Assembly (NCBI RefSeq): GCF_000181795.1
Contig: NW_003526943.1
Span: 10,598,789-10,662,788 of the forward strand
DNA from: Trichinella spiralis
Taxonomy: Eukaryota
DNA length: 64,000 bases
Direction: 5' to 3'
Positions within the stretch are counted from its first letter, which is position 1; every line of letters starts with the position of its first letter. The notes under the pieces were generated by a model. It was not told where the DNA came from, made no database searches, and saw only the letters and a list, made by a program, of their open reading frames with translations. Both the position numbers and the translations under genes were made by a program. This document shows positions 24,899 to 40,000 of this stretch, piece after piece.

Positions 24899-26383
24899 GA
24901 AGAATGGATTGACGATGAATAATTTTTGTTTTCGATGAATAAAATCAATCAACTTATATACATGTACACATAATTGGACTGTACGTGCACGTCAAATATT
25001 AAGCGACTGATTTAATATTTTTGTACTTACTCCAGTGCAGCTGGTTTAAAATTTTGGAACTATATTCTTTTACATAATGGGCTGAAAATAAATTTACAAA
25101 ACTTTGATTTTTATCTTTACGTAAATTTATTCTGCTAAAATTAGCAACTATTAACTACAACCTGCTCGTTTGATACCAATTAGCAAAATGAAAAATTTCC
25201 ATTTTATATACGTAGCGTTAAATCTGCTAATTTCTTTTACATTCCATTTGCTAGCTGTTGTGGCAAATATTCAAAAAGAATTCGTTATTGCATTATTCAC
25301 ATAAGCACGCACATATAGACTTACATTTATATGCAAGTGCATCTAATTTTAAATTAAAAATGCTTACTTTTAAAGAAAAATTATCCAAATTTCCATTCGA
25401 ATTTTACATACTTCAAAAAGCAATTTCAAAATATACATGAAGATTGTACATGAATATTGTATAAAATTGACCCTACTCGTAGGTAAAATTATTTTTGAAA
25501 TTACATTTAATAAGACAAACGCTTTTAGCAAATTATAATTATTTTATTTTACTGCTAAATTTGATTCAAGATAACAAAAAAAAACAATCTGTTTGCTATA
25601 CAAATTACTGAATATTTTTTAATGTAATTTATATTGAAACAATTATTTTAAAAAGTATCATTTTATTTAAAAAAATTAATCTTATTTATGTAGTACAAAT
25701 AATATTGATTGCTATATTTTATATTTTGTTTTATTAAAAAAAGTTTTGAAAAAAATTCAACTATAACAGCAATGTAAATTTTTCATGTTTAAGAAACGTT
25801 TCATCTTAATTTCTATTTAATTTTTAATTTAAATCAAAAACTTTCAAAAAAATTTTGACACAAGTGACGAATAAAAATCACAAATGATCACCACGAATGT
25901 GAAAACAAATCGGCTTTAATTTCAGCAGTGGATTTTTCAAAATTCATGAGCATTTTTATTTTCGAGAAATTTCCAATTTGTGAAAATAAGCATTAAGAAA
26001 AAACAGATATTTAAGCTAAAAATATGGAACGATATTCAACATTTGAAAACTATGCACATATCAAAAAAATACATTTTCTACTTCAACAAAAAAAATTAAA
26101 AAATGAAAATATGCAAACAAAAAAATTAATATATGAGAATGTGTAAATACAAAAATAATAATAATATGCTTTTGATAATGTTTTTGTAAATAGAAATTAT
26201 CTGCACTTTAATTGCATTATTTTCTTTTATTCATTTGCGCAACTTACAGTAATTTTCAGTTTAAACCTAATTGCAATTAATAATCAAATGAAGTCTTGAC
26301 ACGTGCCTCAAAAGAGCCTTGTTCGTTTACACTTTTGTTGACAAATTGATTGCACTGACAAAAACGTCTGTTTCTCATCAATT

Positions 26384-28895
26384 ATGGCCTGCAGTATCTC
26401 AAGGTGAGTATTTGCGCAATTATTAGTAATTATAATTGTCATTATTTATCCACCTGTATTCAAGAAGCAGTATATTATTTGTCTGGATGTATGCGATTTG
26501 AAAAGATGTTTTTATTTAAATTCAATCAGAAATGCCTCTAAAATTTTGATTCAAATTTGTTTTTATAAAAGTATTTTTACCTTTTTAATTGGAAATATAT
26601 ATATATATATTTATTTATTTGGTATTCGTTAATTTTTTATAAAGAAAATTATTTAATTTTTTGATCTAAAATAAATCTCATTTATTGTTATTTTTTTGTT
26701 ATTGTAATAGTAATGGTGCTTTCTTGAAGTTGCAGTTGAATAAATATTACTTGCAATTTATTCGATTAATCAAAATCAATGTATTTAGTAATAAATGTAT
26801 AAAATGAATCAATTAAGGCGATTTTGTAAAATAAATCAAACAAACCCTAAAAGTACACTTACATATTAATTGAAACGGTTTCATCGACGTTGAAATGGAA
26901 ATGAAATTTGATTTTCAATACATTTGATAGTTTGTTGCAGGAGAAAGTTCTACGGTTCAGAGTTTTCCATTTTATTATTTGTGCTCATTGAATTTGAAAT
27001 TTCAAATAACATAATAATACCAACTTATAAGATAATATGAGATGTTATACAAGTATTTTTGTATAATTTTCAAAACAGTTTTGCACTTTTGGAGGAAAAA
27101 ATAGATGAAAAATTGTAATTGTACAGTTTTTTATTTTCAAAAAATGAATTATTTTGATAATGGTATTACTGTACTCATTGCCGATTATTATAATATGTAT
27201 GATAGTTTTGGTTTGTTTACGATTTACGATAAAAATTTGTTTCAAAGTTTTTCCAATTATTATTGCATGTTTTAATAATTGAAGCCTACGATAAGCAAAG
27301 GGGAATTTCAGAGAGAGTTCGATAAACAGACAAGTATATATATATAGAGAGAGAGAGATGTCTCTATATAATATGCAAATTTATGTTGAAGGGTAATTTT
27401 ATTGATTTGTTTCAATTTTGGAGTTGTATTCAGAAAACTGGAAATGATGTTACTTTTTTCATTGTTTCAGAGATAGAAATAAAATACCAAAGAATAATGA
27501 ACTGCACAATTTTCACTTTGTTGGCGATTTGGTTGAACTGCAAAATCTTCGTAAGTGTTTTTAGTTATTTATTTACATTCAACACTTTTCTCCAAGGAAA
27601 ATTTATACATATATAACATATTCATGTTGAGAATGGAAAAGTTGATATGAATTTATAAATGCATGTTTAGCATTAAAATTTTTAATTTCTCTTTTTTAAG
27701 CTCATTCCAATTCTTGCCCCTGCCATGCCAAGCATAACAAATTAGCTTGTGAATGTGTGGGAGAAGTGTCATTTGCAACCAAGAAAGGGGTCCAAAAGTT
27801 GTTGGAGATATAGTAAGAATTTTTGAAATTTCATTTTTGATCTGTCACTTTTTTTATGATCAAAATTTAAAAAAAATGTATTTTCAAAACTTTTAGCGGA
27901 CCTGCTGGTGCAAGCGATGCATACACACCGCGCGCGGTAGTGATGCTTCGTTTGGCCACCTTATTTTCCCCAGGTTACGCTTGGGATACTGTTCCGTTGA
28001 ACATTAAAATTCTCTGCGACGGGAAGATGGTTAAGCTGCCAGTAATTATTAATTTTGATACATTCAGAAAAAACAAATTATAATTAAAAAAATTTTTTTT
28101 TTCAAAGCTGTGCGTTCGTTCTGAATTAACCGCTCTGCCTGTTGGGCGACGCAAAGAGCCTATTGATATTACCTGCTTTTTGGATTTGTCCAAGGCGGTT
28201 CACGTTTTGCAATTCAGTTGGCCAACTGTGAATGCCGAATACAAAGTATAATATTCCTTTTTTTTTATCAAATTAATAAAAGTTTTAATCGACATTTTTT
28301 AGAATTATTATTTTACTGTTGAACTGTTGCGATATGAAAATGCCGAAAATCTGCGGAATATTATTGTCACTCAACATCGATTTTTCCCAAATGATACGCT
28401 TAAATTGAGTGAGTATTTCAAATTGATGTTATATATATATGTATTTTTAATTTTTACATGAAAATTGTGTTCATTTCAAATATTTATTTATTGCAATTGT
28501 TTGTGTTATTATTTATTTTTCAGTGTTCAAGAACTGTGTTGACGGTGATATTTTGCCTACATCAATTCAAATTTCTCTTTTATGTCCAGTAAGTTTTTTA
28601 TATGAAATATTACATTGTTTTTTTTTTGATTTGTTCAATTTTTTATTATTAAATACTTTATTAGGGAAGCTATTTTGATGAGTTATAATTTGTAATTTTT
28701 ATCTTTTTCTTTTTAAATGATTTTAGTTATCCAGGAAGCGTTTGATTTATCCTTGTCGTTCAATGAAATGTACTCATCCACAGTGTTTCGATGTAGACAA
28801 CTTTTTACAACTCTCCAAAGGCAAAGTGTATTTAAGATGCCCCATATGTCGCCGAGTGGTGCATCGAAAATTTTTATGCATTGATCTGTATGAGA

Positions 28896-28926
<31 letters not shown>

Positions 28927-30844
28927 GCCCAGTACCTATCTTCCTCTGCATAATTTTCAATTATTTTACATTTACAATGCAGAAGACAAATTTTAATGCA
29001 TTAATATCTTATCTTGATGATGTACATCTAGGTTCACATTGGATATTCTGAAGTGTACAGCTGAAAATGTAGTTGACGTGTTCGTATTCAACGACGGCAC
29101 TTGGAAACCAGCACCCTTGAATTTAGCTCCAATGTTGAATAGTGGAACTTCTGCACAAATCAATGGTAAAATTGATCTTTTTGCATAAAGTCTGCATTAA
29201 AACATGTTTTTCAATTCAGTTTATACTGCAAAGCATTGACATTGTTGTGGATATTCTTTTTTTAATTGATTAATTTAACAATTATACTTACTTATTCTTA
29301 TTAGCTGATTTTTCTTTTTGTTCTTTTAAATATTAGCATTGACGCACATGTTTTGGGATTGGAAATTTTCACATAATTACTTATTTATTATAAATGGCAA
29401 TATATTTTAGAAATTGTAGATCTCACTGTCGAACCAATTCCATCCAATGATGGAAAATGTGAAAAAGGTGCTACAATTAGTAAGTCAGCTTTTTATTTTT
29501 TGCACAAACAAATTTTGCCAAACAAAATGTTTCTTGATTTTCATTTTAATTTTAAGCAACAATTGTCATCTATTTTAAGAAACAGAAACAATAAAGAACT
29601 GAAGCGCTATGCAAGAGAAATGGTGCTTTTATTTTTATTAATTCACTTTAATTTGTTTGATATTTTACTTAATAATTCTGTGATATTTAATTTTATGTGT
29701 AATATTTCCATATATTTCAATATTGATCTTTTTGTTCTTTTAGAAAACTCTCTCAGAAGAACATGCCCTGATGATGGTGAAACTGAATCAAAAGCATATA
29801 CAGATGCAAAATTGAAAATTCCACGTTTAGAAATTTTGAAAAATTCTACCTCAGCAGATGTTGATAAATGTAAAATTATTGTTTCATCTGATTTCATAGT
29901 TATCATTACTTTTTTCCGAAGCAATTTTGCATTTATTTGCAACAGTGTACTTTTGTACTGTTGTAGCGTTAGTGGAAATTAAAACTGAAGAAAGTGTGCC
30001 GCCTGAAGCTGCAGCCGTTGTTGGTGCTGCTGAAAATAATGAACGTAATTTCAAATTATTGTCATTACATTCCATTGTTGATGTTAATTTCATGCTTCTT
30101 ATGTAGCTGTAGTTGAGAATAATGTCTATTTAACTGGATTTAGGTGAACATTTGAACGAAAATCAAAGCAACACATTCACACTGGACAGCAAGCCAGTGA
30201 ACGGCGAGAAAACTTCAGAAAAACCACTATTAGATATTTTGAACAATAAGCCTACAGTTGAATTATTAGCTGAAACTGTCAACCGGGTGAACCCGACAAG
30301 ATCCACATGCATGATTGCTGCCCAAAAAAATGTGAATATTTCATCGAATAATAATTATACGAATAGCAGGCAGTATCAGTTGCGCAATCCTCGTGCAGAA
30401 TTCAATTCATCATGCAGTGTATCTAGCAACCAGCATCCTGTGGACATCTGGGGAAATCAGTGGAATTTTCAAAATTCTTTTCCTAATGATCCAGGGGCCA
30501 ATTTGCGTTTTCATGATCGTGAATTTTACCACAGACAGCAGCATCCGATGATGAATCCGTCGTTCAGGCCGACGAACCTTTATGAAGCGAATCATTTTGC
30601 CAATCAAAGATACCCACTTTCGGAAACTTGGCAGCCCTATTCACCGTATGATTCCTACGTGAACAATTTTCAACCTTTCAATTCATTTAATTATGATCAG
30701 ATGAATTCTTGTCGTCTACAGCCGAGAAATCCATTTATCGGCGAACAATGGAACGGATACATCAGACCTGGAATGACCGATTTCAGATATCCTCCTTGTG
30801 CACAGTATCACCACCCACCGCGTAATCCATATTTTTGGCCATAA
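26384..30844 (+). CDS. PIAS/Siz-family SUMO E3 ligase (PINIT + SP-RING + SIM), divergent, about 13 exons; start codon tentative
   Basis: Phase-consistent exons give VMLRLA..DTVPLNIKILCDGKMVKLP..KEPIDIT (PINIT), the SP-RING ISLLCPLSRKRLIYPCRSMKCTHPQCFD..LRCPICRR..LCID, then DGTWKP and the SIM EIVDLT. Last exon is ~30144-30844. Confidence 0.88.
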
Positions 30845-32252
30845 AAATTGGAAACGTAGTTCACGTAGATCTGGAGCACATTTTATTGAATATTTTTTTC
30901 TTTTAATAATAATATTTTTTGTTCACTTTTATTTTTTGTATTCACTTGGAATTATTTTCAGACGTTTTTTATTTTATGAATAAACTGTTGGATGAAGTGA
31001 AAAAAACTCCATTTTTACTTTACTCCAAGTGGAGTGTCTAGTTAGTTGGTATCTGAGCAGAAGAAAGCTGAAGAAACAACAAGATGAAATAAATGTAAAA
31101 AACCAGAAAAACATATACGAATGACTTTGTGGAATTCGCTCCAAAGTAGGTGAGCGTTCAGCCTCAAGCAATCGATGTCAGTATACCTCTATCACAGAGG
31201 AACTTTGAATTTTCTTCTGTATTTTATATTTCCCAGCCGACGCATACAGTTCATTAATTTTCAATAACATAAACAACGTTTTTCCATGCTTACACGGTCT
31301 ACGGACGATCTATCTTATTTATCATCTAAAGCGCACAAACATGAATGAATGATACGTGTTCACTGTGCTCTAACTGTATTTAGCAGTATGAAAGGCTTGA
31401 GTAAGGCATATTGCATATTTACAAATTATAATTTTGCATATTTACAAATGTTATATTAGCATTTTGAAGATTTGCACTGAAATAAATAACAATGAACACA
31501 CACAATCTTGTGAAAATGAAAGTATTATTGTTTGTAAAATATACCTGTAACGAACCTAACAAAGGCTCAAAATAAATAAAGATTAATCAGTTATTAAAAT
31601 TATCAGCATCAAGTGTATGTAAATTAAAGAAATATCAAAAAAATAAATGCTCAAAAAACAACATATAAAGTAACCTAAAAATGTATGATACTGATTTTTA
31701 TTAAAATTTGTAAAACAAAAATTCACTAATCTACAGTTTCTACCAAACTGAATCAAATGATATCATCTTAATTAAATACAAGGCAGAAGCGAAAAATCAA
31801 CAAATGGCATTGTTCAAAAAACCAGTAAAGTGAACATGAATTTCCCGTCATTATTCGGAAAAAAATGTATAAATAAATTAATATATACTATTTATATGTG
31901 TATAAGAAAGAATAAATATCAAAAAAGAAGAATTTGAAATATTGAGAAAAATTCAATGAACAAAAAACATGCCAGAGAAGCCAATCAGACACGTTGAAAT
32001 AAAAAAACTGTGAGGAGATTGACTGAGGGCTTCAATGACCGACCTTATAGCCTAGCAATTTTCAGTAATTTTATCCTTCATATTTCTTCATCCGTTAGTT
32101 GAAAAAGTTTGCTTAAAGTTCAGTTGCAAAAAGAGATTTTAGACGTTAAGGTGGGTGGGAACAAAGAAGTAAGATGATCAAAATTGAGCAAATAAAAAAA
32201 TGCAAATTTATGCAAGCAGGATATTATTATTAGAGCGAATAATGGATATTTT

Positions 32253-32565
32253 CCAGTATGCTTTATAACTGGCCATGGACCCTTTCGGTAACCCTCATGT
32301 TACCGTGGACCCCTTACAGTTCATTTGAGTGCAGGAAAACAGGGGAGAGTACGGTAAGGGGACTTGGAACCAGAGTAGTTGTTGTATTGAATGGAATGAA
32401 CTGAATGTGTAAATGAAGCATCGACGTTATGCCAAACAGTTCTTAGCAATTTCAATTGAAATTAAATAAAGTGAAGGGATGGACATCTGAAAATGCTTCC
32501 GTGAAACCCCAGCAATGCTTCCATGAATCCCCAGTGGTCCTTGGACCCCACTTTTGGAACCACTG
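32253..32565. mobile_element. Degenerate hAT/Charlie-like MITE remnant
   Basis: The right end reads CAGTGGTTCCAAAAGTGGGGTCCAAGGACCACTGGGG on the minus strand, the same CAGTGGTT terminus as the element at 10648. TGGACCC motifs recur at both ends. The left terminus and TSD are not recognisable, so the left coordinate is approximate. Confidence 0.55.
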
Positions 32566-32647
32566 CTTTACAGGCATTTAGAATAGAATAGAAAAGTATT
32601 TTTAAGTACAGAATAAAAATCACAAATAAAAACAAGTTAATTTGTAA

Positions 32648-32716
<69 letters not shown>
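32648..32716. repeat. (AAT)n microsatellite
   Basis: About 23 perfect AAT units. Confidence 0.95.
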
Positions 32717-33804
32717 TAACAAATAAAAATGTAATATAGTTTAGTTGTTGTTGGCATTTTTCAGTTAAACAGCATTTCAACAGTTCTTTTTGCGCTTAAA
32801 GTGTACAAGGGCTTTGTGGTAGAGTGTGAAAAACAAAAATTATACAACACTGCAAGCAACAGCATCGCCCTTTTATTTTGAGCGCTCAACGTGGGAAAGA
32901 GAACAAAATGATATATGTCAGCGGCAAAAAGAAGATACTGCATGAAACAAATGACTGAGTAGGTAAGAAGTTGAAAAAACTGATGAGGCAGGGGGAAGAG
33001 ATGTACGTACATTTTCATAAGACTGTTTTTGCTATAAATTATAATAATTATAATTAGCATCATCATCGAAATCGTCATCGGAAACAGAATAAAGATGAAA
33101 GAAAATACGGCTAAAGTAATGTTTCAAAAGGTACAAAAATGAAATAACAACACAGTACAAAATCAACATTTTTTTCTATACTCAGCAAACGGAGAAAAAA
33201 AATGGAAAAGCAAAAGAGCAACTGCGCAACAAGTTGAACATATTCAATTAAACCAACGAGACCGACGACGTTCAGAAATCAAAAACAAAAATTACTACTA
33301 CTACTACTACTAATTATTATTATTATTATTGGATAAAAAATTGAAAATAACCCGCCGTTTTACTAGAAGCTTTCGGTGGTGGATGACACATGGAAATGCA
33401 TTTTTGAAAAGAAAAAACAAACAAACAAGCAAATCAATAAATATGCAAAAATAAGCAACGTCGGCCTGATGGTCCAGCCGCACCCGTCGTCGATATTTGT
33501 ACAAATTGAAACGAACGTCACCACAATACACTGAATAATGTGAATGAAATAGAGCTTGTTATGATTATTATTAAATTATTTTTTTGCTGCCACTGACGTG
33601 TAATCGTGTGTACGTATAAATGTATGCATTATATGCGTGTGTGCGGCGCATGCACCGCGTTCGTTGTTGACCAAATCATTTCAATCAAAACAAACAATAC
33701 TTAAAAATTAATTATTAAATAATTGTCAAATGAATGACAGCATCCTTGCATGTCTCCAATGAAGAAAAAAAGGGAGGAAAATGTATATAGATAGATAGAC
33801 AAAC

Positions 33805-33822
33805 ATATATATATATATATTC

Positions 33823-33853
<31 letters not shown>
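33805..33853. repeat. Interrupted (TA)n microsatellite downstream of the MED13 stop codon
   Basis: Two TA runs separated by TCACTTATATG. Confidence 0.85.
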
Positions 33854-33862
<9 letters not shown>

Positions 33863-34008
33863 AACTGGAACAACAATAACAACTGGAATCGATTTACATA
33901 CAAAATGAATGTTCAGTTTCTCTTCAATTGGATGCTTCATTGAACATTGCCGCGTCCGATTGGAGAATTTAAAAGAACAAACGCTTCAACATTCATCCAT
34001 CCATTCAT

Positions 34009-37000
34009 TCATAGTAAAGCATCCATGGCGCGGTAAAGTCTTGACAAAGCTTGGATGTGCAACGGAAAACAGCTAACACGATCGCCGGTTCTAAAGTCTA
34101 AACATAACCAAGACAACGCGTTGTACGTTTCCAGCACGTAACGTAGTACATCTGTCGTCAAGCTAGAGTCAAGCGGATGTACAGTCCCCGAAGTGCTCCG
34201 GTTGGCGCCGCCGGCCAACAAATGATCGTCGCTTTGCTGCACCCCAGACGTGTGTATGTGAAGCGCTGAACGCAAATGAACCGGAAGCAAATCCCTGGCT
34301 GACGGTCTTACTGTCCAGAACCACTCTGGAACAGGACCTGTCGGTGCCGTAGATACTAAAAATCCCAAAGCCAAGGGTTGCAACTGTATACTCTCATCTG
34401 AAGATTCAGATATACCAAGTCCCTTAAACAATAAATTTGAATTTTCAAAACTAACCAGCTAACTTGTACGACATACCCGAGTATGTGAAGAATTGGCATC
34501 AAAGCCGACAGTACTGTCATTCATCAAATTCGCTTCACTCATACTACCAAATATGTCGTTCAATCCTGATTCAAGACCGTCACCTTCTGGACTGATCATC
34601 AAATCTTTCCAAATACTTTCGAAATCACCATCCGTCTCATCTGCACCTGGTAGACCGCCGGTCATGATGCAACACTGACTGATCTGAATCGATCAGAATT
34701 AGAAATTATCGAATAAAAATGATGGAAAGTTTTTTTTTAAATAAATTAAGAAGAAAAAACCTGTATCAAAGCTGATGTAGGAAAGACCATAATGTGAGAA
34801 CTGGAAACATCTTCTGGTGAAGAAAGTGGACACTGTTTGGCACCTTGACCGAACCGATCGTCGTGCACAAACGAGTCTGGAAAAATCCGCATGTTCGGAT
34901 CCAGCTCGGTGCTGATCAAACATGCTGACAATATGGCTGGTGTTTCGAAGATTGTCGGCATCGGCTGGCAAACTGCGCACTGTTCACGCAGCAAGCGACT
35001 GGTGCTTCGCAGTTGACTCTTGCTGAGCAAATGCGCCCACGCTTTCAGTTCTTCATGGCCAAGACGACCAAGCCTACCAATGACAATACGCCAGGGTCGA
35101 CAACTGGATGCCAGTATGCCAACGACGTAGTCCCACAAGCGCCGCAGCGCGCTCCAAATTAGCTCCCTCTTCACGACGTTGTGTCGATTGTTCAACATCA
35201 TGTTTATGACACAGCTGTCGAGCACAGCTCCCTGCTGATCAGTGACCGTGCACAGGAGCCACTGTTGCTTGGCTGACAAACAGTAGGCGAGGAACAACAC
35301 CTGACCGTGGTCATCGCGCGATTCACTGCCACCACCACAAAAGCTCGAAGCGGAATTCGACGAACTGGATCCAAAGGAACCATTGGAACCAGTGGTACCG
35401 TTCAAGCAGCTGGTACGATCTTGGATCGGTGCCAGCACGACCGGAGCTGAGAAGAGTCTGAAGCCAGCCGAATTCTGCTTCCGTCGCAACAGCTCGTGCC
35501 TGCTGGCCGCTGGTCCGAAGCCGGTCATCACTTTTGGCAAACAACTGTGCAAGCAAGAATAGGCAACACTTCGAATTTGCATGAACACGTTCAACGCCAA
35601 CGAACGAAGGTGTGTCGACGAGCTGAGCGGCACTCGTTGCTGACCAATGCCGCCGCCGACGTTGCTACTATTGCTGTTCACCGCTGCTCTGGGTATTGAC
35701 TTCAATCGACGATCCTCGTCCACAATTCCGTTCTGCTGCAATTCCCAATCATCCAACAGCGACGTGTCCAGTACAGTTTGCAACGGGATAATCTGCAACT
35801 GCATGCTGCTACGAAACGTAGCCGGCACTTCTTGCAATATTTCCAAATAGCAGCGAAACAAACCAGTAGTGACCAGACGATTCAAATCTCTCACATGTTG
35901 ATCGTCAGGACCAAAGTTGAACGGATTCACCAAATAAATCACTACAACGTGTGGAAAATTCGGTCCGTCAGATGTCGGCGACAACAGTCCATTATTATCG
36001 TTGCCATTAGCGCTGCTCTCTGACATACGACTGTCGTTGCTGTTGTTGCTACTGCTAGTATTCATCATATTCATGCTATTATTGGAACTATTATTAGTAT
36101 TGCTGTTGTTGTTGCTGTTCAAACCATACGATATGGCTGTTGAAGAGGAAGAATCCGCAACAGCAGTAGTAACTGCAGTGGCAGTAGTAGTGGTTGTTGT
36201 CATTCCAGTAGTTCCGGCAGAAACACAACTAGCACCACTACCACTAGCACTGATAGTAGTATTCGCAAGCTCTGCCGACTGGGATGACACAGCAGTGCCA
36301 ACAGAATCAACATTCGATAATGAAGAAGAGGTACAAGTTGTGGTTGGAGTAGAGGCTGGACATTCGCGACCAATTTCGCGAAATATCGACCTATCGAACG
36401 CGTTCCAGACTGGGGAGAAAATGTGCGGCGCCAGATAATGTCGACATACCTGAGCGTAAAGCTTCAACTTTGCACCGATTATACTGCGCCCGTCGGACGC
36501 ACTCTCGAAACGGTCGAACCAAGGGTCGACCGGCTTCTGGTCCAACTGCTTGGCGTGCGTCTTGCCCACACGCATGATGCCGTCCTTCAAGACGCGAGTG
36601 ATTGGGCAGTGGCGACCGAGACGCATGCCTTCGTAGGTGCGACTGAGTTCGCGAAAAAAGCCCCTCGCCTTGCGCACAACATACTGGGTATCCGGCACAA
36701 CGGCTATGAACGCGACATCTTTGGGTTGGGTGAACGGCTCCAAGCACATCCGGTCCCAAAGGCGGATGCTGAACGGACTCACTTGAATCCAGTCGCGATC
36801 CGAACAGACCAACAGTTCGGGTATCGGTTCGGGACCGCTGAGGTCTTCGCGACCGTTGCTACCGGGCCGGTGGGTGCATTTCCGGTGCAACTGACGCCAC
36901 GTCAGCGGACCCTCGACGCTGTGCTTAGCCTGCCACAAGCCGCGAGGCTTTTGCAATGATTCTTGCAACAACGGCAGCAGAGATCTCAACAAAGCCATCG

Positions 37001-40000
37001 TTTCCAGACTGTTGGACGGTTCGACAGTTTTCGCGTAGCCCCAGCCGTTGATGTACGACGACGTCGCCGATCGTTTAGCAGCCGGCACCTGTTCCACGTA
37101 CAAAGCGACGTTGTTACAGTCGAGCGACAGCATCGACTGTTCCAACGCCAACTGGCACAGTTCAGTGAAATCCCGCAACTCCACGGCATTGTAGACGACG
37201 TTCGGCAAGCCGAGGGGGATGTTCTTTTCCACATCGTCGAACATCGACCAAGAAGACGACGTCACGGATAACAACGACGTCGACAAGGAACCGCCGCCGC
37301 CGCCGCCGCCGCCACCACCACCGCCACCGATGGCCCCTGACGCCTCTGCGTTCAAGCAGCCGAACGGCGACGTCCGGAAAAGCATCAACGAACAAGTGAG
37401 ATCTTGCAGAAGGCTCTGGTGACGAACCAGTTCGACAATTTCGCGAGAAAATGGCACCGTTTCCAAGTGGGAAGCGGTCAGACGTTCCCACACGGCTCCG
37501 GTAGCGTCGTCTTCGTCTTCGTAGAACACGCCGGATTTGTAACTCAAATAGCGATGCCGGCTGGCGCTGAAGCCGCAAGTGCATTTGTTAGTGAACGTGT
37601 TCCGGGCCGACGAATGGTACAGCACGCTCATGTTGTCGTCGCATCTGCGCAGACTGACGTAGTGGCCCATCTCCAAACCGCGTATGTTCATATTGCACAC
37701 GCACAGTGGACAAGAGTCGAAATTACTGTCTCGATACAGATGCACAAACGTGTCACTCAGCAGCAACATCATCACGAGACTGTGACCCTCGGGATGCAGC
37801 ACTGAACTCGCAGGTTCAATACTGCTGAGATTCCTAAATCGATAACAATAATGTTAACAAAAAAAAACAACAATTTAAACTGCAAACAAACTATACTTTG
37901 CATATGCTGACGATGCATTCGACATCGGACTGGCCAATTCCATACCAGGAGTACGAGGTGTCCGTACAAAATGAGGCGACGAAACTGACGGAGGATTGTT
38001 GTTCACTGGAGACGGTTCAGCTACGGAACGTACCGAAGCCGGCGCTGAAATAATCGACCGACCAGTTGCGGAAGACGACGAATCGAGACCAATGGACGCC
38101 TGTGAGCCTAGACGCACCGACGACGAACCAAACCATGACCCGAAAGAGCCACAGTTCGACCAAGAGTGATGAGGAATAGCGGCCAGTCCGTATGTGGGCA
38201 ACGATGCCAAGTGACTGACGCTGGCAGACTGGTGATGGTGATGGTGATGGTGGTGGTGGTGGTGGTGGTGGTGATGGTGATACAACGCCGGCAGGAGCCT
38301 GCTCGGCTTGTAACAGAGTATCTTTTCGAATCGAACCGCCGACCGACGCGACGAAGCCGGAACCGCCCCAAAAAACTCCGACGCCAGCATGTATGGAATG
38401 ACAACCTGAACTTCAGGAGCATCTTTACAATCACGACAGCCCGATAGATAGCTTGCCGCCTTCATTGTTGAACCCTGTCCATATGATCCACTGGAACAAG
38501 CGCCGGTTTGAGTGCCGGCAACAGCGGTGGTGCCGGTGCCGGCATGGCTTTCCGGAGATAGCTGCTGCAACGCCTCCTGCGACGGTGGCGTCGGGTAGAT
38601 TATGCCCAGATGGTCAACCACCGCACCAGCGACTGCAACCACTTGCGTCGATGAAGGATATGCCGAACTAGCACTTGAACGCTGACTACAACTCAATACA
38701 GCTACGTTGTTGCTATTGCTCGTGGTGGTGGTGCTGCTGTTATTATTATTATTGTTGTTGTTGTTGTTGTTGTTGTTGCTACTGCTGCTATTAGCATGCT
38801 CGTTGTTCTGATTGGTCGCGTCCATCTTCACCGCAACAATTTTCTCGGTTGCATTCAATCTTTCTTCTTCAGTACCCAAACTTGGCGGTGGTGATAAAAA
38901 CTGAAACAAAAAAATGAAAGTATTTTTTTTTCAAATTCCCTTGCAAAAATGTGAAAATTATACCGCGTGTATTTCATTTTCACAATCACTGATTCCTGAA
39001 CTCGGCGATGGTCCTTCTTCCATCATCTGATGATGAACAATTGCAGAACTGTCGTCAGTCAACTGGAATTCAGCGTCTGATTTCACACAAGCTTTCTCTT
39101 CTTCTACGAAATACAGAATAAAATTTCATAATAGAATAATAATTATTCGCTGTTCACTGGTTTACCTCTTTTACACATGTCACCACTTAGTACATCATCG
39201 GTTCGATCATGATCATTTGTCGTATTATCTTTTCGTTTATTCTTATTTTTGTACCCGTAAATTTTTTCCACTTGTCTGGCGTTGGATTGGGCCAAATGCC
39301 TCTGTCCAACCGGTGCAATTGAACGACAGTTCAACACTGCCTCTGAGAATAATAATAAGACATTTTGAACAAAAAACCGACGCTTTCGGTTCGTCTCCAT
39401 CGCCTGGCACCACGAATAACTGGTCAAAGCACGATAAAATTTTTCCGTAAATTGATCCGTCGGTTTGCCGAAATTTTTCACTGATGACGACGATACTCGA
39501 CTAATAAAACTGTTCGATTGATTCTGCTGCTGTTGCTGTTGTTGTTGTTGTTGTTGTTGCTGCTGCTGCTGCTGCGGTATATGTAGTAGATGTATCTGCT
39601 CCTGGTGATGAGAATGATATCGTGAGAATGACAATTTCATCAACTGCAATTCGCCGTCGGTGTCGTAATTCGTACTGACATTATAACGCCGTTTCATGCT
39701 CAATAACCGTTGGTCCACCTCAATCGACTCCAGACCAGTATACTTTGGGGGTATGACCAACGGATCCGGTGTTTGCTGCTGCTGCAACAGCTCAGATTGT
39801 TCGACCGATCGACGCATTTTCGACTTTGGCTCAACTGCAACGTTGCAATCAACCACATCTGCAGAACAATGGTCCAAAAACATCGTTGACGACGTCATGG
39901 ACGCTGAACTACAGACTGCGGAAGCGACGGGAGCAGCAGCAGAAGCAGTACTAGCAGCAGTAGCAGTTACTGTTGCTGTTGCAGTTGTAGTGGAGTTGAG

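Noticed and set aside
32462..32722. 86-aa poly-Ile ORF
   Set aside because: Translation of the (AAT)n microsatellite and the adjacent MITE end.
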